A stretch of DNA of 63,930 nucleotides, counting the filler, from an uncultured bacterium (GTDB lineage Bacteria > Auribacterota > CAZIXI01), in NCBI GenBank assembly GCA_964543115.1. It is 8 parts of 8 records of this genome, joined end to end, with 100 filler letters (N's around TTAATTAATTAA, not from the genome) between each part and the next. Parts side by side here need not be neighbours in the genome. Positions count along the whole stretch, not along the records: positions 56,257 to 63,930 come from CAZIXI010000168.1; 7 more parts are not named here. The stretch is one strand, 5' to 3'. The position numbers and the translations under genes are program-made. Below, piece after piece: positions 60,316-63,930 of the stretch. The notes beneath the pieces are model-generated. The model searched no databases. It had not been told where the DNA came from and was given only the letters and a program-made list of their open reading frames with translations. Position 1 is the stretch's first letter. The number at the start of each line of letters is the position of its first letter.

Positions 60316-61553
60316 TGTAATACTTCTCCGGCTAGATATAACGATCCGGCAATAATTATCGCCGAATCTTTATCCGCTATTCCCCGGGCCCGGCTAAGGG
60401 CCTCTTCTACTTTTTCGATAACCACCGCTTCTCCGTCTGCCAGCTCACCAGCGGCCAGTCCTCTTTGGTCATTAGGGGTAACGGCAAAAATATGTTCGGC
60501 CGAAGGAAAAAGCACCTTTGCCATTTCCTTAAAGTTTTTGTCTTTGAGTACACCAAAAATCAGTATTATCTTTTTACCGGTTAAATACTTTTCTATTGTT
60601 TCTTTCAACACCTGACAACCTGCCGGATTATGCGCGCCGTCAATAATCATTAACGGATCACGGCTAATTACTTCAAACCGGCCGGGCCAATTAACTTTGT
60701 TTAATCCCTGATAAAGTGATTCTAACGGAATACTATAGCCTCTGTCCAGCAAAAGCTCTAACACCTTTACGGCCAGGGCACAATTTGCCGCCTGATGGTT
60801 GCCTAACAAATTAAGCCCTAATTTATCATAGTTTCGTTTTGCGGTCTTAACCTGGATTTCCTGTCCGGATAGACTCCGCTTACTGACACCATAGGAAAAT
60901 TCTTTTCCCAACTGATTTAATTCCGCTCCCTTCTCCACTGCAGCCTTAGAAATCACCTCCGCCGCTTTCGGATTTAATACTCCGGATACTATTTTAGCGC
61001 CCTGTTTAATAATCGCCGCTTTCTCTGCGGCTATCTGAGAAATGGTTTTTCCCAGATACTTTTCGTGTTCCAGAGAAATATTCGTAATTACCGCAATCCC
61101 GGCCGGACAAGCATTGGTGGCGTCCAACCGTCCGCCCATACCGGTTTCTAATATGGCAAAATCAACTTGCTGCTGCCAGAAAAATTCCAGGGCAATGGCG
61201 GTAAGTAACTCAAAATAGGTTGTCTCTGCCCGCGCAAAGGCAATTACCTTACGGGCAACGGTAAGTATTTCTCCCTCTGTAATTTCTCTTTCCCCTACCC
61301 TAATCCGTTCCCGCACACTAACCAAATGCGGTGAGGTATACAAACCCACTTTCAAGCCCGCCGCTGTAAGCACAGCGCTTAACATGGCGGCCACTGATCC
61401 TTTGCCGTTTGTGCCGGCAATATGGATACAATCATATTTTGACTGCGGATGGGAAAGTTTTTGCAGCAATTGTGTTATGTTCTGGAGGCCAAGTTTGATG
61501 CCGAATTGCGAGCGCTGGTCCAGGTTCTTGAGGAACTCAGAATAGCTGTTCAT
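60306..61553 (-). CDS. folC: Folylpolyglutamate/dihydrofolate synthase
   Basis: HIAGTNGKGS, YTSPHL, ETGMGGRLDATN, DGAHNP. Confidence 0.96.
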   Translation of the reverse strand: MNSYSEFLKNLDQRSQFGIKLGLQNITQLLQKLSHPQSKYDCIHIAGTNGKGSVAAMLSAVLTAAGLKVGLYTSPHLVSVRERIRVGEREITEGEILTVARKVIAFARAETTYFELLTAIALEFFWQQQVDFAILETGMGGRLDATNACPAGIAVITNISLEHEKYLGKTISQIAAEKAAIIKQGAKIVSGVLNPKAAEVISKAAVEKGAELNQLGKEFSYGVSKRSLSGQEIQVKTAKRNYDKLGLNLLGNHQAANCALAVKVLELLLDRGYSIPLESLYQGLNKVNWPGRFEVISRDPLMIIDGAHNPAGCQVLKETIEKYLTGKKIILIFGVLKDKNFKEMAKVLFPSAEHIFAVTPNDQRGLAAGELADGEAVVIEKVEEALSRARGIADKDSAIIIAGSLYLAGEVLQCG

Positions 61554-62392
61554 TTCCTGGTCAAGTTTTTCAGAAGTGTAATCAGTGTGGGACGAAGCTC
61601 TTTGCGGTGAACAATCATATCCACCAAGCCATGGTCCTGCAGGAATTCCGGACGCTGGAAACCTTTGGGAAGTTCCTGTTTAATGGTTTGTTTAATGACC
61701 CGCGGGCCGGTAAAACCGATCAGCGCTCCGGGTTCGGCAATCAGCACATCACCTAGAGAGGCAAAACTGGCCAATACCCCGGCCATGGTGGGATTAGTTA
61801 AAACAGAAATAAATAAGATTCCTTCTTCATTTAAGCGGGCAACCGCGCTGCTTGTCTTGGCCATCTGCATCAGGCTGAGGCAGCCTTCATACATGCGCGC
61901 GCCGCCGCCGGAACCAGAAACGATGATTAACGGCTGCTTCTTCTCAATAGCCAGTTCCGCCGCCCGGGTCAGCTTCTCTCCTACCACCGAACCCATACTA
62001 CCCATAATGAACCGGGAATCTGTAACTCCCAAAATAATCGGATTACCGCCCAGCTTTGCTGTGCCAGTAACCGCGGCGGAATTTAAACCGGTACATTTTT
62101 CGTCCGCTTTGAGCTTCTCTTTGTAACCGCGCACGCCGGTAAATTCCAGCGGATCGTCACTGGTAAGATTATTGTTAACCTCATTAAACGTATCTTTATC
62201 AACCAGCTGTTTTATCCGCTCATGCGCGCCCAAGGTAAAGTGAAAATTACACTTGGGACAGACATACAGATTCTCTTCAACCACCTTAGTATAAATAAGT
62301 TGCCCGCAGGCAGTGCACTTTGTCCAGAGCCCTTCCGGGATCTCTTTACGCTTTACTTTGATTGTGGAGTATTTCTTGCCAAAAAAGGCCAT
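61550..62392 (-). CDS. accD: Acetyl-CoA carboxylase carboxyltransferase beta subunit
   Basis: LWTKC...C...CPKC zinc finger, GSMGSVVGEK, SGGGARM, IGFTGPRVI. Confidence 0.96.
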   Translation of the reverse strand: MAFFGKKYSTIKVKRKEIPEGLWTKCTACGQLIYTKVVEENLYVCPKCNFHFTLGAHERIKQLVDKDTFNEVNNNLTSDDPLEFTGVRGYKEKLKADEKCTGLNSAAVTGTAKLGGNPIILGVTDSRFIMGSMGSVVGEKLTRAAELAIEKKQPLIIVSGSGGGARMYEGCLSLMQMAKTSSAVARLNEEGILFISVLTNPTMAGVLASFASLGDVLIAEPGALIGFTGPRVIKQTIKQELPKGFQRPEFLQDHGLVDMIVHRKELRPTLITLLKNLTRK

Positions 62393-62460
62393 TTTTCACC
62401 TCAATAAGAAAGCAATATAATATTACGGAAAGTCTGTCTGGTCAAGGTATAAATGGTAGA

Positions 62461-63930
62461 TTACACAGCGCTGGCTAAGTTTTGCGCTCCGCTCTCTTCT
62501 GGTGGTAAGGATTTAATGATTTTGGCGATTTTGCTCTTTACTTCCGTATCTGTCTGCACTTCTTTGATCTTTTCTAATAACTCTCTATACCAGGGCTGCT
62601 GCTTTATTTTCAGCGGTTGTGTGTCAATTGTGTTCAATGCCTCTTCAACATGTTCCGAATGATAAACGGTTAACAAACGCCAGAGGGCAGCACGCAGATT
62701 TTGCGGAACAGCAATATCTTGTTTTCCAGCTGGTTGTTGACTGAGTTTTTTGCGAATTCTCTTTATAAGCTCAGGAATTGTATCTGCCGGCACATTCAAA
62801 TAATCTAAATATACCCTGATAATCATTGTTAACAAATCTTCTTCAGGTTCTTCTTCTGTTTGCCACACTTCCGGTTCTTTTTCAACAATAACAGGCTCAA
62901 CAGACTCTCCTGCCCGCCAGACAGTAGCATCATCTAAAAGATGATTATCTCCCCAAGAAACAAGGCTAGCACTAGCAGTAGACAAAGAAAACATATATCC
63001 ACGAAAAATGTTTTGACTTGTAGAATCTCCTAAATCAGGTGTTTCAGTAATTGTCTGCATCAATTTACCGGTAAACCGGTCCCACAAACGAATATGTCCT
63101 GTAGCATCACTGGAAATCAGGTGTTTCCCATCAGCAGTAAAACTTATCTTAATTATCTTTGCCCGATGCGCTTTTGCCCGGCCTTCTTCCTGAAACTTAA
63201 CCGGCAGACATTTGCCGGTTTTCGTATCAACAAGACGAATTGTGCCACTAACAAGTCCTACAACTAACACGTCACCTTCCGGAGAAACCGCAAAAGGACA
63301 CCGCTTCCGGCAACGATAAGAAGCTATCCTTTCTCTACTACGCACATCCCATATATGAAAGCGATCACCTCCATAAGAAACAAGAATCTGGCCATTACGG
63401 GAAACGGCAATTTCCTTAACGGCACCGGCATGTGCCTGGAACCTTTTCCCTCCCTTAACAGCAGGATGCTTAAATTTCTGCGGCTTTCCTTTATGGCCTT
63501 TCAGTTTCCAGAGCTTAATTGTCCCATCATCCGCAGCACTCACAATTGTCTCCTCATCAATTATCTCCAGACATGTTATTCTGTCACTATGTGCTCTATA
63601 ATCTCCATAAAGGCGACCCAAACCTTTATCATAAACTCCACCTATTGATATTAATTGTCCTGTATCCGGATCCCAACCCCTGATCTTCATATCTATTGTA
63701 CCGGCAGAAATGATTTTTTTCCCGTCAGCCGAAATCCTTATAAGCACTTGATCCGAAGCCTCGCTCGTCAGCGGATGCAAACTATGTGCACCAAAAGAGG
63801 GTTCCATTAAATGATCTATCAGCTCATTTAATTCACCAGTATTAATGTCCCACACCTTTACAGTACTTTTGCCGCTGGACACCAACTTCGTGTTATCCGG
63901 GGAAAAAGTCAAACTCTTTATTCCATCTTT
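62461..63930 (-). CDS. WD40-repeat protein, C-terminal part (5' end outside window)
   Basis: Frame open to the window edge; AHSDRITCL...IVSAADDGTIKLW, AHAGAVKEI, AHRAKI...LISSDATGHIRLWD; acidic linker and helical tail. Confidence 0.88.
   Translation of the reverse strand, partial: KDGIKSLTFSPDNTKLVSSGKSTVKVWDINTGELNELIDHLMEPSFGAHSLHPLTSEASDQVLIRISADGKKIISAGTIDMKIRGWDPDTGQLISIGGVYDKGLGRLYGDYRAHSDRITCLEIIDEETIVSAADDGTIKLWKLKGHKGKPQKFKHPAVKGGKRFQAHAGAVKEIAVSRNGQILVSYGGDRFHIWDVRSRERIASYRCRKRCPFAVSPEGDVLVVGLVSGTIRLVDTKTGKCLPVKFQEEGRAKAHRAKIIKISFTADGKHLISSDATGHIRLWDRFTGKLMQTITETPDLGDSTSQNIFRGYMFSLSTASASLVSWGDNHLLDDATVWRAGESVEPVIVEKEPEVWQTEEEPEEDLLTMIIRVYLDYLNVPADTIPELIKRIRKKLSQQPAGKQDIAVPQNLRAALWRLLTVYHSEHVEEALNTIDTQPLKIKQQPWYRELLEKIKEVQTDTEVKSKIAKIIKSLPPEESGAQNLASAV

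Overview
This is not a contiguous locus. It is eight unrelated scaffolds of about 8 kb from a draft or metagenome-assembled genome, joined by 100-nt N-TTAATTAATTAA-N linkers and ordered by decreasing length, so gene neighbourhoods are meaningful only within a segment. The content is a bacterial housekeeping background (fba, cmk-plsC-rpsA-tyrS, radA-ispDF-gltX-cysS-tmk, thiC family, tRNA-Gly, accD-folC-nagA-glmS), a cobalamin-riboswitch salvage operon with signs of decay, an IS4 element with intact ends, and a Y1/RAYT-type transposase with terminal inverted repeats. There are also several large, lineage-specific, apparently exported proteins whose style suggests Omnitrophota (inference). Most notable: (i) a giant protein of more than 2,500 aa containing a dikinase module in phosphohistidine-then-ATP-grasp order, as in glucan water dikinases, with no PEP/pyruvate barrel visible; (ii) two c-di-GMP-I (GEMM)-type leaders wired as predicted ON switches ahead of signal-peptide zincin-motif proteins; (iii) a sigma54-type fibre/minor-pilin cluster next to a degenerate CHASE2-GGDEF-histidine kinase hybrid; (iv) a stand-alone asparagine-synthetase-like domain directly behind a truncated cbiB; (v) a midasin-like tandem AAA+ protein. 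All calls come from motif reading by eye; no database searches were run.
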